DNA of 62,053 bases, the filler included. It is 4 parts of 4 records of this genome, joined end to end, with 100 filler letters (N's around TTAATTAATTAA, not from the genome) between each part and the next. Parts side by side here need not be neighbours in the genome. Positions count along the whole stretch, not along the records: positions 1 to 7,508 come from DRR723986_5810; positions 7,609 to 32,109 come from DRR723986_5811; 2 more parts are not named here. One strand, 5' to 3'. Each line of letters begins with the position of its first letter. Within the stretch, counting starts at the first letter, position 1. The notes beneath the pieces were generated by a model. The model had not been told where the DNA came from and searched no databases. It was given only the letters and a program-made list of their open reading frames with translations. Made by a program: the position numbers and the translations under genes. This document shows, one piece after another, positions 1 to 9,173 of the stretch.

Positions 1-781
1 CCATGTCAGCATGGAGTTCAACCTCAAGGGGCCGTCCTTCACCGTTTCAACCGCCTGTGCCTCCTCCAATCACGCGATGGCGCAGGCATTTGCCATGGTC
101 CGCTCGGGTATGGCGCCTGCGATGGTGACCGGCGGATCAGAAAGCATGTTGTGCTTTGGCGGGGTCAAAGCATGGGAGGGATTGCGCGTGATGAGCCGCG
201 ATGCATGCCGCCCGTTTTCGGCCAATCGCAATGGCATGGTGCAGGGTGAAGGGGCAGGGATCTTTGTGTTCGAAGATTATGATCATGCCCATGCACGCGG
301 GGCAGATATCCTGTGTGAGGTGGCAGGTTTTGCCATGTCGTCAGACGCCTCCGACATCGTGATGCCGTCCAAGGCGGGCGCGGCGCGGGCGATCTCTGGG
401 GCATTGCAGGATGCAAAACTCAATCCCGAAGAGGTCGGCTATATCAACGCCCATGGCACCGGCACTGCGGCCAATGACAAGACCGAATGCGCCGCTGTGG
501 CGGATGTGTTTGGCCCGCATGCGGACAATCTGATGATGTCCTCAACCAAATCCATGCATGGTCATTTGATTGGCGGCACCGGCGCGGTGGAATTGCTGGC
601 TTGCATCATGGCGCTGCGGGATGGGGTGGTTGCGCCGACCATCGGCTATCAGGAACCGGACCCGGAATGCGCATTGGACGTGGTGCCCAACACCGCCCGC
701 GAGGCCAAGGTGGATGTGGCGCTCAGCAATGCATTTGCCTTTGGCGGCATGAATGCTGTGCTGGCGCTGCGGCGGGTCTGA
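1..781 (+). CDS. Beta-ketoacyl-ACP synthase II family (FabF/NodE-like), 5'-truncated by window edge
   Basis: Catalytic motifs TACASS, NAHGTGT and GHLIGG; C-terminal SNAFAFGG; frame is open upstream of position 11. Confidence 0.9.
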   Translation, partial: HVSMEFNLKGPSFTVSTACASSNHAMAQAFAMVRSGMAPAMVTGGSESMLCFGGVKAWEGLRVMSRDACRPFSANRNGMVQGEGAGIFVFEDYDHAHARGADILCEVAGFAMSSDASDIVMPSKAGAARAISGALQDAKLNPEEVGYINAHGTGTAANDKTECAAVADVFGPHADNLMMSSTKSMHGHLIGGTGAVELLACIMALRDGVVAPTIGYQEPDPECALDVVPNTAREAKVDVALSNAFAFGGMNAVLALRRV

Positions 782-788
782 TCCGGGG

Positions 789-1667
789 TTAAGTGGCGAG
801 AAAGCCTGCAATGTTCTCCAGCACAGGCCGCCGGGATTTGATGTCTGGCAAGGTCAGGATCAGGGCGCGTCCGGTTGTTGCTTTTGTGAGCCCAAGCGGC
901 ACCAGCGCACCGCTGTCCAGCGCGCTGCCCAGCAGGCACAGATGCCCCATCAATACCCCTGCACCTGATTTTGCCTCTTCCACCGCCAGACTATAAAGCG
1001 AATAGCCCGGCCCATCGGTTGGATCATCAATCTCAAGGCCCGAGGCCGCGCACCAATTCGGCCAGTCCTGCTGCCAAGTTCGATCCTGAAGCCGCGTTGC
1101 CGCGGCCAGATCCTCCGCTTGGCAGATTGAGGCGGCAAGCGCGGGTGCGGCAACCGGTGTGATCTCGTCTTTGGCAAGGGTGATGCATGTGTCGCTGGCG
1201 TTCGCAGTGCCAAAAAAAAGTGTCATATCAAACAGATCACGCCGAAGGCTGGGCGGTTTTTCCATCGCGGTGACCGAGAACTTTAGCTGTGGGAAATGGC
1301 TTCGGATTTTGCCCAAACGGGGCGGCAACCAAAGCTGTGCCACACTGGGCAAAGCGGCAATATGAATTTCGACCTCCGCGCTGAGATTGCGCAGCGCGTG
1401 GGTGGCATCGGCGAGCGCATCAAACGCCGATCTGAAACTGGGTTGCAACGTGCGGCCTGCCTCGGTCAGCACAACGCCCTGGGCGCTGCGATGAAACAGG
1501 GCCACACCGGCCCAGCCTTCCAACGCCTTGATTTGTTGCGACACCGCGCCAGCGGTCACATTCAATTCCTCGGCAGCGGCCACAAATCCACCCAGTCGCG
1601 CCGCCGCTTCGAACGCACGCATCGCGGTCAAGGGTGGCCCCTTTGGGCGCGGGGGTCGGACAGTCAT
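789..1667 (-). CDS. LysR-family transcriptional regulator (GcvA/AmpR-like)
   Basis: N-terminal PPLTAMRAFEAAARLGGFVAAAEELNVTAGAVSQQIKALE helix-turn-helix; start trimmed to ATG at 1667. Confidence 0.9.
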   Translation of the reverse strand: MTVRPPRPKGPPLTAMRAFEAAARLGGFVAAAEELNVTAGAVSQQIKALEGWAGVALFHRSAQGVVLTEAGRTLQPSFRSAFDALADATHALRNLSAEVEIHIAALPSVAQLWLPPRLGKIRSHFPQLKFSVTAMEKPPSLRRDLFDMTLFFGTANASDTCITLAKDEITPVAAPALAASICQAEDLAAATRLQDRTWQQDWPNWCAASGLEIDDPTDGPGYSLYSLAVEEAKSGAGVLMGHLCLLGSALDSGALVPLGLTKATTGRALILTLPDIKSRRPVLENIAGFLAT

Positions 1668-1675
1668 TGCAATAG

Positions 1676-1692
1676 CCTTAGTTTTTCTAGGG
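1676..1692. promoter_or_regulatory. Candidate LysR (GcvA-type) operator between divergent genes
   Basis: CCTTAGTTTTTCTAGGG: TAG-N5-CTA dyad just upstream of the LysR start. Confidence 0.45.
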
Positions 1693-1766
1693 CAAGAAAT
1701 AGCAAAACTGATTTGCGCTGTCCAACCCTGCCGCGCAGATTGGGTCAAACAGTAAAGGACGTGGAA

Positions 1767-3077
1767 ATGACTTTGGCCAAACGAAACTGGGTTCCGGCCC
1801 AATGTGAAACACGGTTGCAGGAGATTGCCGGTCAGACAACGCAGGCCGGTTCAGAGGCGCTGATGACGCAAATCGAACGCCTGGTACAGCACAACAAACA
1901 GATCCACGAGGCAGAGTGTTTCAATCTGAACCCTGCCACCAATGTGATGAACCCCAAGGCCGAGGCGCTCTTGGCCAGCGGTCTCGGCTCGCGGCCCTCT
2001 TTGGGCTATCCGGGGGACAAATACGAGATGGGGCTTGAGGCGATTGAAGAGATCGAGGTGATTTCTGCCGCCCTATGTGCCGAGGTCTTTGACGCAAAGT
2101 TTGCAGAAATTCGGGTGCCATCGGGCGCAATTGCAAATCTTTATGGCTTCATGGCGATTTGCAAACCCGGTGATATCGTCATCGTGCCGCCCGCAACCAT
2201 TGGCGGGCACGTGACCCACCACAACGCGGGCTGCGCCGGCCTATATGGATTGAGGATTGTCGAGGCGCCCGTGTTGGCGGATGGCTATACCGTGGATCTG
2301 GATGGATTGCGGGTTTTGGCGTTGAAAGAGCGACCCAAACTGATCACCATCGGCGGAAGTCTGAACCTCTTTGAACATCCCGTTGCCGGGGTTCGATCCA
2401 TTGCGGACGAGGTGGAGGCCAAGGTGCTATTTGATGCCGCACATCAATGCGGGATCATCGCGGGCAAAGCATGGTCCAATCCCCTTGCGGAAGGCGCACA
2501 TTTGATGACAATGAGCACCTACAAAAGCCTCGGCGGCCCCGCAGGTGGCCTGATCGTGAGCAATGATGAAGAAATTGCCAAAGCGTTGGATGCAATCGCT
2601 TTTCCCGGAATGACAGCCAATTTTGATGCGGCAAAATCGGCAGCTTTGGCGGTGACAATGCTGGATTGGCGCGACCATGGGCAGGCTTATGCGGCACAGA
2701 TGATTGCCATGGCCAAAGCACTGTCAAAGGCGTTGCAGGATCAGGGCGTGCCGGTCTTTTCCGGTGCTGGCGGGGCCACGCAATCCCATCAATTTGCGGT
2801 TCTCGCAGAGCGCTTTGGTGGGGGGCAAGCCGCATCCAAAACACTGCGGCAGGCCGGGTTTCTGGCCTGCGGGATCGGGCTGCCTGTTGCTCCGGTCAAG
2901 GGCGATCTGAACGGCTTGCGCATCGGCACGCCGGAGCTTGTACGCTGGGGCATGACAGAGGCAGACGCGCCGCGATTGGCCAGTTTGATCGCTGCAGGAC
3001 TGCGAGGAGAAGTGATCTTGCCAGAGGTATCACAGTGGCGCCAGAGCTTTGACAAAGTGCATTTTGTGCACGGCTAA
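1767..3077 (+). CDS. SHMT-fold PLP enzyme, alpha-methylserine aldolase-like (atypical GlyA)
   Basis: FNLNPATN, SRPSLGYPGDKYEMG, GGHVTHH, DAAH, PLP-lysine motif MSTYKSLGGPAGG, GLRIGT; RBS AAAGGA before ATG 1767. Confidence 0.8.
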   Translation: MTLAKRNWVPAQCETRLQEIAGQTTQAGSEALMTQIERLVQHNKQIHEAECFNLNPATNVMNPKAEALLASGLGSRPSLGYPGDKYEMGLEAIEEIEVISAALCAEVFDAKFAEIRVPSGAIANLYGFMAICKPGDIVIVPPATIGGHVTHHNAGCAGLYGLRIVEAPVLADGYTVDLDGLRVLALKERPKLITIGGSLNLFEHPVAGVRSIADEVEAKVLFDAAHQCGIIAGKAWSNPLAEGAHLMTMSTYKSLGGPAGGLIVSNDEEIAKALDAIAFPGMTANFDAAKSAALAVTMLDWRDHGQAYAAQMIAMAKALSKALQDQGVPVFSGAGGATQSHQFAVLAERFGGGQAASKTLRQAGFLACGIGLPVAPVKGDLNGLRIGTPELVRWGMTEADAPRLASLIAAGLRGEVILPEVSQWRQSFDKVHFVHG

Positions 3078-3085
3078 ACACCACT

Positions 3086-3117
3086 AAAAAGGGGCCGCCG
3101 ATCAGGCAGCCCCTTTT
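3086..3117. terminator. Bidirectional rho-independent terminator
   Basis: AAAAAGGGGCCGCC-GATCA-GGCAGCCCCTTTT between convergent genes. Confidence 0.75.
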
Positions 3118-3165
3118 GAAGGTCAGACAGTTCCGCGCCGTGGATACAGACCCGGCTGCGGCACT

Positions 3166-3783
3166 TTATTGTTCGATAACAGACACTTTGCCATAGCTGG
3201 CGGTGAACCCGTCAAGGGACACTTTCAGCTCAACCTTCTGGTCAGGGGCCAGCGCAGGCACAATTGTCACAACCGCTTCGTTGCCCTTCTTGAAGGCGGA
3301 GATATCCGCGGCCGTCAGGCCCATGCGCACGTAGCAGCCAACTGGATTACAGAATGCGTAAGGGTAGCGCCGTGCCTTGCCGCCATCCACCGACAGGGTC
3401 AGCTGCTGGGGCAATGCGGTTTCAAGCGGCACAACGATGGTTGCGCCCGCCTCGGCCTTGCCGGATCCGGGCAGGCGGAACAGGGACACTTCGGCCACGG
3501 GCGCGCCTTCGCCGTCATCCAGAAGCTGATACATCTGGCAGGGATCGACCTCTTCTTCGGTCTTGATGCAGCGCATTTCCCAGGCCCCGATCACTTCCTT
3601 GGTGTAGGGTTTGCCCAGTTCGGGGTCCGCATCGGCATCCTCACCAAGGCTCAGCTGGCTTTCGACCTGAGATGTGGTCGCTTCAGCGGGTTTCGTCTCG
3701 GTTGTGGTCTGCGCAAATGCGCCGGTTGGGGCGATCAACGCCAATGCTGCACAGAGCGGCAGCGCTTTGAATAAAATGCTCAT
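3166..3783 (-). CDS. ialB: Invasion-associated locus B (IalB) family periplasmic protein
   Basis: Signal peptide; W.MRC...CQMYQ, VPLETALPQ.L.L.VDG, FCNPVGC, VSLDGFTA motifs. Confidence 0.85.
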   Translation of the reverse strand: MSILFKALPLCAALALIAPTGAFAQTTTETKPAEATTSQVESQLSLGEDADADPELGKPYTKEVIGAWEMRCIKTEEEVDPCQMYQLLDDGEGAPVAEVSLFRLPGSGKAEAGATIVVPLETALPQQLTLSVDGGKARRYPYAFCNPVGCYVRMGLTAADISAFKKGNEAVVTIVPALAPDQKVELKVSLDGFTASYGKVSVIEQ

Positions 3784-4061
3784 GATCATTCCAGCTTTGT
3801 TAAGTTGCCGCCCAATACCATGCCCGTGCGGCAATGTCAGTGGCGATTGGTTGTTTTGGGGTCGATAATCCGGCAAGAACCCGCTGATCTCAAGGCATTG
3901 CGCAAAAATGAAAAAGAGGACGCAAAGCATCCTCTTTTTGCATTTGGTTCTCCCCGTCGGACTGGGCCGACTTATTGCCGTGACGTTACGAAAGGGGCGT
4001 GCGCGGGTCAACAGGGAAAATTGAATATTTTCCAATGCTCTCAAGCCACTACCATAGCGGG

Positions 4062-4140
4062 AAAAAGTGCCGCACCCGAAGGTGCGGCCAGTCTGACAGG
4101 GAGGATGTTCCGCCGCAAAAGGACTTTGCCAGCGGAACAA
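4062..4140 (-). ncRNA. Probable SuhB/MmgR (alpha-r8)-type small RNA
   Basis: Minus strand: 5' hairpin TGTTCCGC...GCGGAACA, unpaired TCCTCCCT, GACTGG, then terminator GCCGCACC-TTCG-GGTGCGGC + TTTTT; about 80 nt, intergenic. Confidence 0.65.
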
Positions 4141-4217
4141 TTAGACAGTGGCGCAAAAAGGTTAAGTAAGTATGCTCATTCCAAACGGACGCCCGACCGG
4201 GCCTGAGGAGTATCACA

Positions 4218-5768
4218 GTGACGCAAGACATTTTTATCGGCGGCGGCGGCGAAGACTACGCCACCAAACAATTCCTGAATATTGGCTATGCCAACCGCCA
4301 CGGGTTGATCGCCGGTGCCACGGGGACCGGTAAGACAGTCACTTTGCAAATTCTGGCTGAAGGGTTTGCAAATCAAGGGGTGCCGGTGTTCTTGTCCGAC
4401 GTCAAAGGTGATCTGTCCGGCCTCGCCAAATCGGGCAGTGCGGCACATAAACTGCATGACGCCTTCATCAGCCGCGCGGAAAAGATCGGGTTTGATGATT
4501 ACCGCTATGAGGCATTCCCCGTCACCTTTTGGGATCTTTATGGCAAGCAAGGCCACCCTGTCCGAACCACGGTGTCCGAGATGGGGCCGTTGTTGCTGGC
4601 GCAGCTTCTTGGCCTGACAGAGGCGCAGGAAGGCATTTTGAACATCGCCTTTCGGGTCGCGGATGAAGACGGTTTGGCGCTGCTTGATCTCAAGGATTTG
4701 CAAGCGCTGCTGGTCTGGATTGGTGAGAATGCCAAAGACCTCGCACTGCGTTACGGAAATGTTTCTGCTGCTTCGGTCGGGGCGATCCAGCGGCGATTGC
4801 TGGTGCTGGAAAATCAGGGCGCGGCGGATCTTTTTGGTGAACCGGCGCTTGCCCTCGGCGATCTGATGCGCACCGATGCGGATGGGCGCGGGGCGATCAA
4901 TATCCTTGCGGCGGACAAACTGATGGCCGCGCCCAAGCTGTACGCAACCTTTCTTTTGTGGCTGCTGTCCGAATTGTTCGAAGAACTGCCAGAGGTCGGC
5001 GACCCGGACAAACCCAAACTGGTGTTCTTTTTCGACGAGGCGCATTTGCTTTTTGATGACGCGCCCAAGGCGCTGGTGGATAAGGTCGAACAGGTGGCGC
5101 GATTGATCCGGTCCAAGGGGGTCGGTGTCTATTTCATCACCCAGAACCCTGCTGATGTGCCGGACGATATTCTGGGCCAGCTTGGCAACCGGGTGCAGCA
5201 TGCCTTGCGGGCGTTTACGGCCAAGGACCGCAAAGAGCTGCGCATGGCGGCGGAAACCTACCGCGAGAACCCGCGTTTTGACACCGAAGAGGCGATCCGT
5301 GAGGTTGGTGTGGGCGAAGCGGTGACGTCTTTTCTCCAAAAGAAAGGTGTGCCGGGCATTGTTGAGCGGACATTGATCCGCCCGCCGTCATCGCAGCTTG
5401 GCCCGATCACGCCGATGGAGCGGTCAGAGGTCATGGCCGCGTCGTCGATGTCGGGCAAATACGACAATCGGCTGGATCGCGAATCCGCCTTTGAGATTTT
5501 GCGCAAGCGGGCGGACGACGCCGCGAAAGAGGCGGCTGAGGCGGAAGAGAAGGCCGAAGAAGTGGAGACGCCAGCATTGCGCGAGTTCAACAATGCCCGC
5601 CGCTATGCGGGCAAGGGCGTGACCCGCTCCACCTCGCGGCGCCCCCGCCGCAAGTCGCAAGAAGGGTTCGGCGCAGCCGTGGCGCAGGTGGTGATCAAAG
5701 AATTGAAAGGCACAACCGGACGCCGCATCGTGCGCGGTATTCTGGGCGGCCTGTTCAAAGGGAGGTAA
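4218..5768 (+). CDS. YjgR/DUF853 HerA-like P-loop ATPase
   Basis: NRHGLIAGATGTGKT Walker A, DVKGDLSG, FFDEAH Walker B, NRVQHALRAFT, C-terminal RGILGGL; GAGGAG RBS and GTG start. Confidence 0.9.
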   Translation: MTQDIFIGGGGEDYATKQFLNIGYANRHGLIAGATGTGKTVTLQILAEGFANQGVPVFLSDVKGDLSGLAKSGSAAHKLHDAFISRAEKIGFDDYRYEAFPVTFWDLYGKQGHPVRTTVSEMGPLLLAQLLGLTEAQEGILNIAFRVADEDGLALLDLKDLQALLVWIGENAKDLALRYGNVSAASVGAIQRRLLVLENQGAADLFGEPALALGDLMRTDADGRGAINILAADKLMAAPKLYATFLLWLLSELFEELPEVGDPDKPKLVFFFDEAHLLFDDAPKALVDKVEQVARLIRSKGVGVYFITQNPADVPDDILGQLGNRVQHALRAFTAKDRKELRMAAETYRENPRFDTEEAIREVGVGEAVTSFLQKKGVPGIVERTLIRPPSSQLGPITPMERSEVMAASSMSGKYDNRLDRESAFEILRKRADDAAKEAAEAEEKAEEVETPALREFNNARRYAGKGVTRSTSRRPRRKSQEGFGAAVAQVVIKELKGTTGRRIVRGILGGLFKGR

Positions 5769-5776
5769 TAATTTCC

Positions 5777-6253
5777 ATGGAAAACCAAACTGTTGAAGTG
5801 ATCCTGCGCCCTGCGGAGGAAAATGACGCGCAGGGCATTTCGAATGTCTTGGCTGCCTTGAAGGCGGCAGGAAAGCGGCGCACAGCGGGGGATGCGGAGG
5901 AGGTGAAGGGCCATTACATCACCCATCCTGACCGCATCCAATGCACGGTGGCCGAAGTTGACGGGCAGGTGATCGGCTTTCAATCCTTGCGGTTGGCGAC
6001 GCTGGGCAACCCTTACGGCACACCGGAGGGGTGGGGCATCATCGGCACCCATATCCACCCCTCCGCGGCGCGTTGTGGGGTTGGCAAAAGGCTGGCTGGG
6101 CAGACGATCAAAGTGGCGCAGGTGGCGGGATTGCGACATGTGGAGGCGCGGATCGGGACGGAAAATGCAGCCGGGCTGGCGTATTATGGATCCATCGGTT
6201 TTGTCGAAAGTGATGAGGCCGGGGTGAAAGTGCTGAACCTGCCCGAGGTCTAG
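5777..6253 (+). CDS. GNAT family N-acetyltransferase
   Basis: HPSAARCGVGKRL acetyl-CoA motif A; N.AGLAYY.SIGF motif B. Confidence 0.8.
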   Translation: MENQTVEVILRPAEENDAQGISNVLAALKAAGKRRTAGDAEEVKGHYITHPDRIQCTVAEVDGQVIGFQSLRLATLGNPYGTPEGWGIIGTHIHPSAARCGVGKRLAGQTIKVAQVAGLRHVEARIGTENAAGLAYYGSIGFVESDEAGVKVLNLPEV

Positions 6254-6291
6254 GCGCAGGAGCATTGGACGGTCGGGGAAAGCGAGAATTT

Positions 6292-7140
6292 TCAAGATCT
6301 TGCGTACCGCAATAAAACCGCGCCAAGCAGGGCAGAGAAAGTTGAGAAGACCTTTATCAGATTTAACGGCTCTTTCAGAAAGAACACTCCGATCAGAAGG
6401 GCAAAGACAATGCTTGTCTCCCGCAATGCGGTGACCAATGCGATTGGGGCCTGGGTGAAGGCCCATGTCACAACAGCATAGGCGATGAAGGACGCGCCGC
6501 CACCAAGCACTAGAATGGGCAGGCCGGTTCGTGGGATTGCCCGCAGGGTTTGTGGTGATCTGGCCGCGAGATAGGCAATCATCAAGATCCCGTTGCCCAA
6601 TGAAAGCCAGCAATAGAACCCCAAGGAGGTGCCTGCGATCCGCGCACCGACGCCATCCACCAAGGAATAAGACGCAATAAACACGCCGGTCGTCAAAGCA
6701 AAGGCGGCGGCGTTTCTGTTCTGCTGGCCATCGCTTTGCCGGACCAGTGCCAGACTGATGATGCCAAGTCCAATGATCGCAATCGCAAGAAGTTCGAGCC
6801 CGTTGAGTTGAACCCCGAGAACCAGCACGGAGAAAACCGCAACGATCAATGGGGCAGAGCCGCGCGCAATCGGGTAAACCTGTGTCAGGTCGCCTGTTTT
6901 GTACGACTGGAGCAAAAACAGCTGATACCCAAAATGAAGCACAAGCCCGCCCGCTAGATATGGCAGGCTTTCGGCGGCTGGCAGCGGCACAAACGGAAGT
7001 GCCACAAGTGCAATGGGCAGATGCCCGATCACCACCGCACCCATGCTGAGCGTTTTGTCAGCTCCTCCCTTGACCAAGGCGTTCCACGCCGCATGGAGGA
7101 GGGCAGCTCCGATGACCGCGACAAAGACCAAACCGCTCAT
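6292..7140 (-). CDS. EamA/DMT family transporter
   Basis: LLHAAWNALVK, GDLTQVYPIARG, ALRETSIVFA; about 10 hydrophobic segments. Confidence 0.85.
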   Translation of the reverse strand: MSGLVFVAVIGAALLHAAWNALVKGGADKTLSMGAVVIGHLPIALVALPFVPLPAAESLPYLAGGLVLHFGYQLFLLQSYKTGDLTQVYPIARGSAPLIVAVFSVLVLGVQLNGLELLAIAIIGLGIISLALVRQSDGQQNRNAAAFALTTGVFIASYSLVDGVGARIAGTSLGFYCWLSLGNGILMIAYLAARSPQTLRAIPRTGLPILVLGGGASFIAYAVVTWAFTQAPIALVTALRETSIVFALLIGVFFLKEPLNLIKVFSTFSALLGAVLLRYARS

Positions 7141-7197
7141 TTGCAGACCTTTCGATAGGGCCGCGCCGGTCCTGGCATTGGCCGGTATCCGTCAGCC

Positions 7198-7230
7198 AAA
7201 AGAAAAGGCCCCGCAGTTTGCGGGGCCTTT
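7198..7230 (-). terminator. Rho-independent terminator after livM
   Basis: AAAGGCCCCGCA-AAC-TGCGGGGCCTTT plus T tract on minus strand. Confidence 0.8.
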
Positions 7231-7234
7231 GAGG

Positions 7235-7508
7235 TTATTTCTCAGGGATCAAACCGCGTGGGCTGAACCTGAGGACCAGGATCAGAACCAGACCCATGGT
7301 GAGCAAACGCATGTGCGCCGCGCTTTCCAGCAAGTGCGCCTTGAGCGCCGATCCTTCGGCCATGCCGGAGGTAACAAGGTTCATCAGCCACAGGCCCATC
7401 GGTTCAACCTGCACCCAAAGGAACCAGATCAGGAACCCGCCCAGAACCGCGCCAAGGTTGTTGCCCGATCCGCCAACGATCACCATCACCCAGATCAGGA
7501 AGGTAAAG
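7235..7508 (-). CDS. Branched-chain amino acid ABC permease LivM-type, C-terminal fragment (contig end)
   Basis: WVMVIVGGSGNNLGAVLG and PRGLIPEK C-terminal motifs. Confidence 0.8.
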
Positions 7509-7608
7509 NNNNNNNNNNNNNNNNNNNNNNNNNNNNNNNNNNNNNNNNNNNNTTAATTAATTAANNNNNNNNNNNNNNNNNNNNNNNNNNNNNNNNNNNN
7601 NNNNNNNN
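7509..7608. other. Artificial contig linker
   Basis: 44 N + TTAATTAATTAA + 44 N. Confidence 0.99.
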
Positions 7609-7636
7609 GGCTCGCGCTGCGCTTGGCCGGGATGAC
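7609..7636. repeat. Truncated alphaproteobacterial REP/RIME-like palindromic repeat at contig start
   Basis: Reverse complement GTCATCCCGGCCAAGCGCAGCGCGAGCC resembles GTCATCCCGG-type extragenic palindromes of Hyphomicrobiales. Confidence 0.5.
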
Positions 7637-7685
7637 GCCGGTGGGTGAAACCGGAGGCCCTGACTTCGAACCGGCCGACCTCGCT

Positions 7686-8036
7686 TTAAGCGAGTGCCGC
7701 GATGACGATGATCTCGACCTTGTATTCCGGGGCTGCCAGTTTGGCTTCACCGGTAGCGCGTGCCGGCGGGTTGGCCGGGTCGACCCAGGCGTCCCAGACC
7801 TTGTTCATCTCGGCAAAGTCCTTCATGTCGTCCATCCAGATAGTGGTCTGGAGAATGCGGCTCTTGTTGCTGCCAGCCTGCTCCAGAAGGGCATCGATGC
7901 GCTCCAGGATCGTCTGGGTCTGGTTGGTAACGGTGTCGCCTGGATTGCCGACCTGACCGGCAAGATAGACGATACCGCCGTGGATAACAGCCTGGCTCAT
8001 GCGCGGGCCAACTTCCAGCCGTTTGATGTCGGACAT
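7686..8036 (-). CDS. RidA family imine deaminase (YoaB/Rid2-like)
   Basis: RMSQAV.HGG.VYLAGQV, MNKVWDAW, PARAT, VEI motifs. Confidence 0.9.
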   Translation of the reverse strand: MSDIKRLEVGPRMSQAVIHGGIVYLAGQVGNPGDTVTNQTQTILERIDALLEQAGSNKSRILQTTIWMDDMKDFAEMNKVWDAWVDPANPPARATGEAKLAAPEYKVEIIVIAALA

Positions 8037-8072
8037 GATTGAATTCCTTCTTGTCTTGAAAGAGACGCCCGC

Positions 8073-9173
8073 TCAGAACAAGCGGGCGGGATCGAGAGCA
8101 GCCACTACCTTCTCGGGCAGTTCGCTCGGACGCTTGAGACAGAGATCCGCAACGAGCCGGGAGAGCGCTGGGGCCGTTTGTACGCCGTAGCCGCCCTGAC
8201 CGGCAAGCCAGAAAAACCCTTCCGCATCCGGTGCAAATCCAACCACAGGTGTGCGGTCTGAAACGAAGCTGCGCAGGCCTGCCCAATTGCGCTCGACGCG
8301 CGTGACGGGCATCGTCACGGCCTGCTCGAATCGGTGCAGACCTTCAGCCAGAACCATGTCATCTGCCCAGGCATCGTGCGGCTCCACCGGGTCTTCATCG
8401 GCAGGCGAAACCATGAACTTGCCGGCATCCGGCTTGGCATACCATTGCTCCGATGCGCTGGCGACGAGCGGCCATTTCGTGACATCGATACCATCCGGCG
8501 GCGGCACGATGGCCGCCGAGCGGCGCATGGGCACCAGGCCGACCTTGCGAACGCCCGCCAGACCCGCGATCTGATCCGCCCAGGCCCCGGCTGCATTGAT
8601 GAGGACCGGCGCTTCGAAGGCCCCCTTGGGCGTCTCGACACGCCACTGCCCGCCGCTTCTGAGAATGCGCTGTGCGGGCGCTTCCGTGACGAGCCGCGCC
8701 CCGGCCTTTCGTGCAAGCCGGGCAAAGCCCTGCAACAATCTGTCGACGTCGATATCTTGCGCGTCCCGCTCGATGGCAGCAGCGGCAATCGTTTCCTTGC
8801 GAAGCAGTGGAAACAGGGCAACAGCTTCTTCCGCCGTCAGGACTTCCATACCGTCGGCACCGTCCAGATAGGCCTTGAACGCGTCCAGTTCGTCCTCGGT
8901 CGCAATCAGCATTTCACCACGGGGTGACAGCAGGCTTTCCTCCGATATCCCTTCCGGGTTCTTCAGAACCGGCTCCGAAGCTGCATTCAAGGCCCGCAAC
9001 GTGGCATTACCGTAGTTGCGGATGAAGATGGCGGCGGAGCGACCGGTCGCGTGCCGGCCAAGCGCATCTTCCATTTCCAGCACGGTGACCTTTGCGTCCG
9101 GCGCAAGCCGTGCCGCAGCCCCGGTGCCGGCAATTCCACCGCCGATGATCAGAAAATCCGATGTCTCGATCAT
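8073..9173 (-). CDS. FAD-dependent D-amino acid dehydrogenase/oxidase, DauA-like
   Basis: GGGIAG Rossmann, HATGRSAA, NAAGAWAD, WAGLRSF, GQGGYGVQTAPA. Confidence 0.85.
   Translation of the reverse strand: MIETSDFLIIGGGIAGTGAAARLAPDAKVTVLEMEDALGRHATGRSAAIFIRNYGNATLRALNAASEPVLKNPEGISEESLLSPRGEMLIATEDELDAFKAYLDGADGMEVLTAEEAVALFPLLRKETIAAAAIERDAQDIDVDRLLQGFARLARKAGARLVTEAPAQRILRSGGQWRVETPKGAFEAPVLINAAGAWADQIAGLAGVRKVGLVPMRRSAAIVPPPDGIDVTKWPLVASASEQWYAKPDAGKFMVSPADEDPVEPHDAWADDMVLAEGLHRFEQAVTMPVTRVERNWAGLRSFVSDRTPVVGFAPDAEGFFWLAGQGGYGVQTAPALSRLVADLCLKRPSELPEKVVAALDPARLF

Noticed and set aside
1296-1766. N-terminal extensions in the ORF track (SHMT-like 593 aa; likewise ialB, oppC, uup, fabI, hdeD)
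   Set aside because: They overlap neighbouring genes or promoters; downstream starts with RBS match family lengths
4218-5768. HerA-like ATPase as an anti-phage system (HerA-Sir2 or HerA-nuclease)
   Set aside because: Motifs are those of the widespread YjgR/DUF853 family and no nuclease or sirtuin partner is adjacent
7553-7564. TTAATTAATTAA occurring three times as a biological repeat or insertion site
   Set aside because: It sits in the centre of identical N runs and is a six-frame-stop assembly linker
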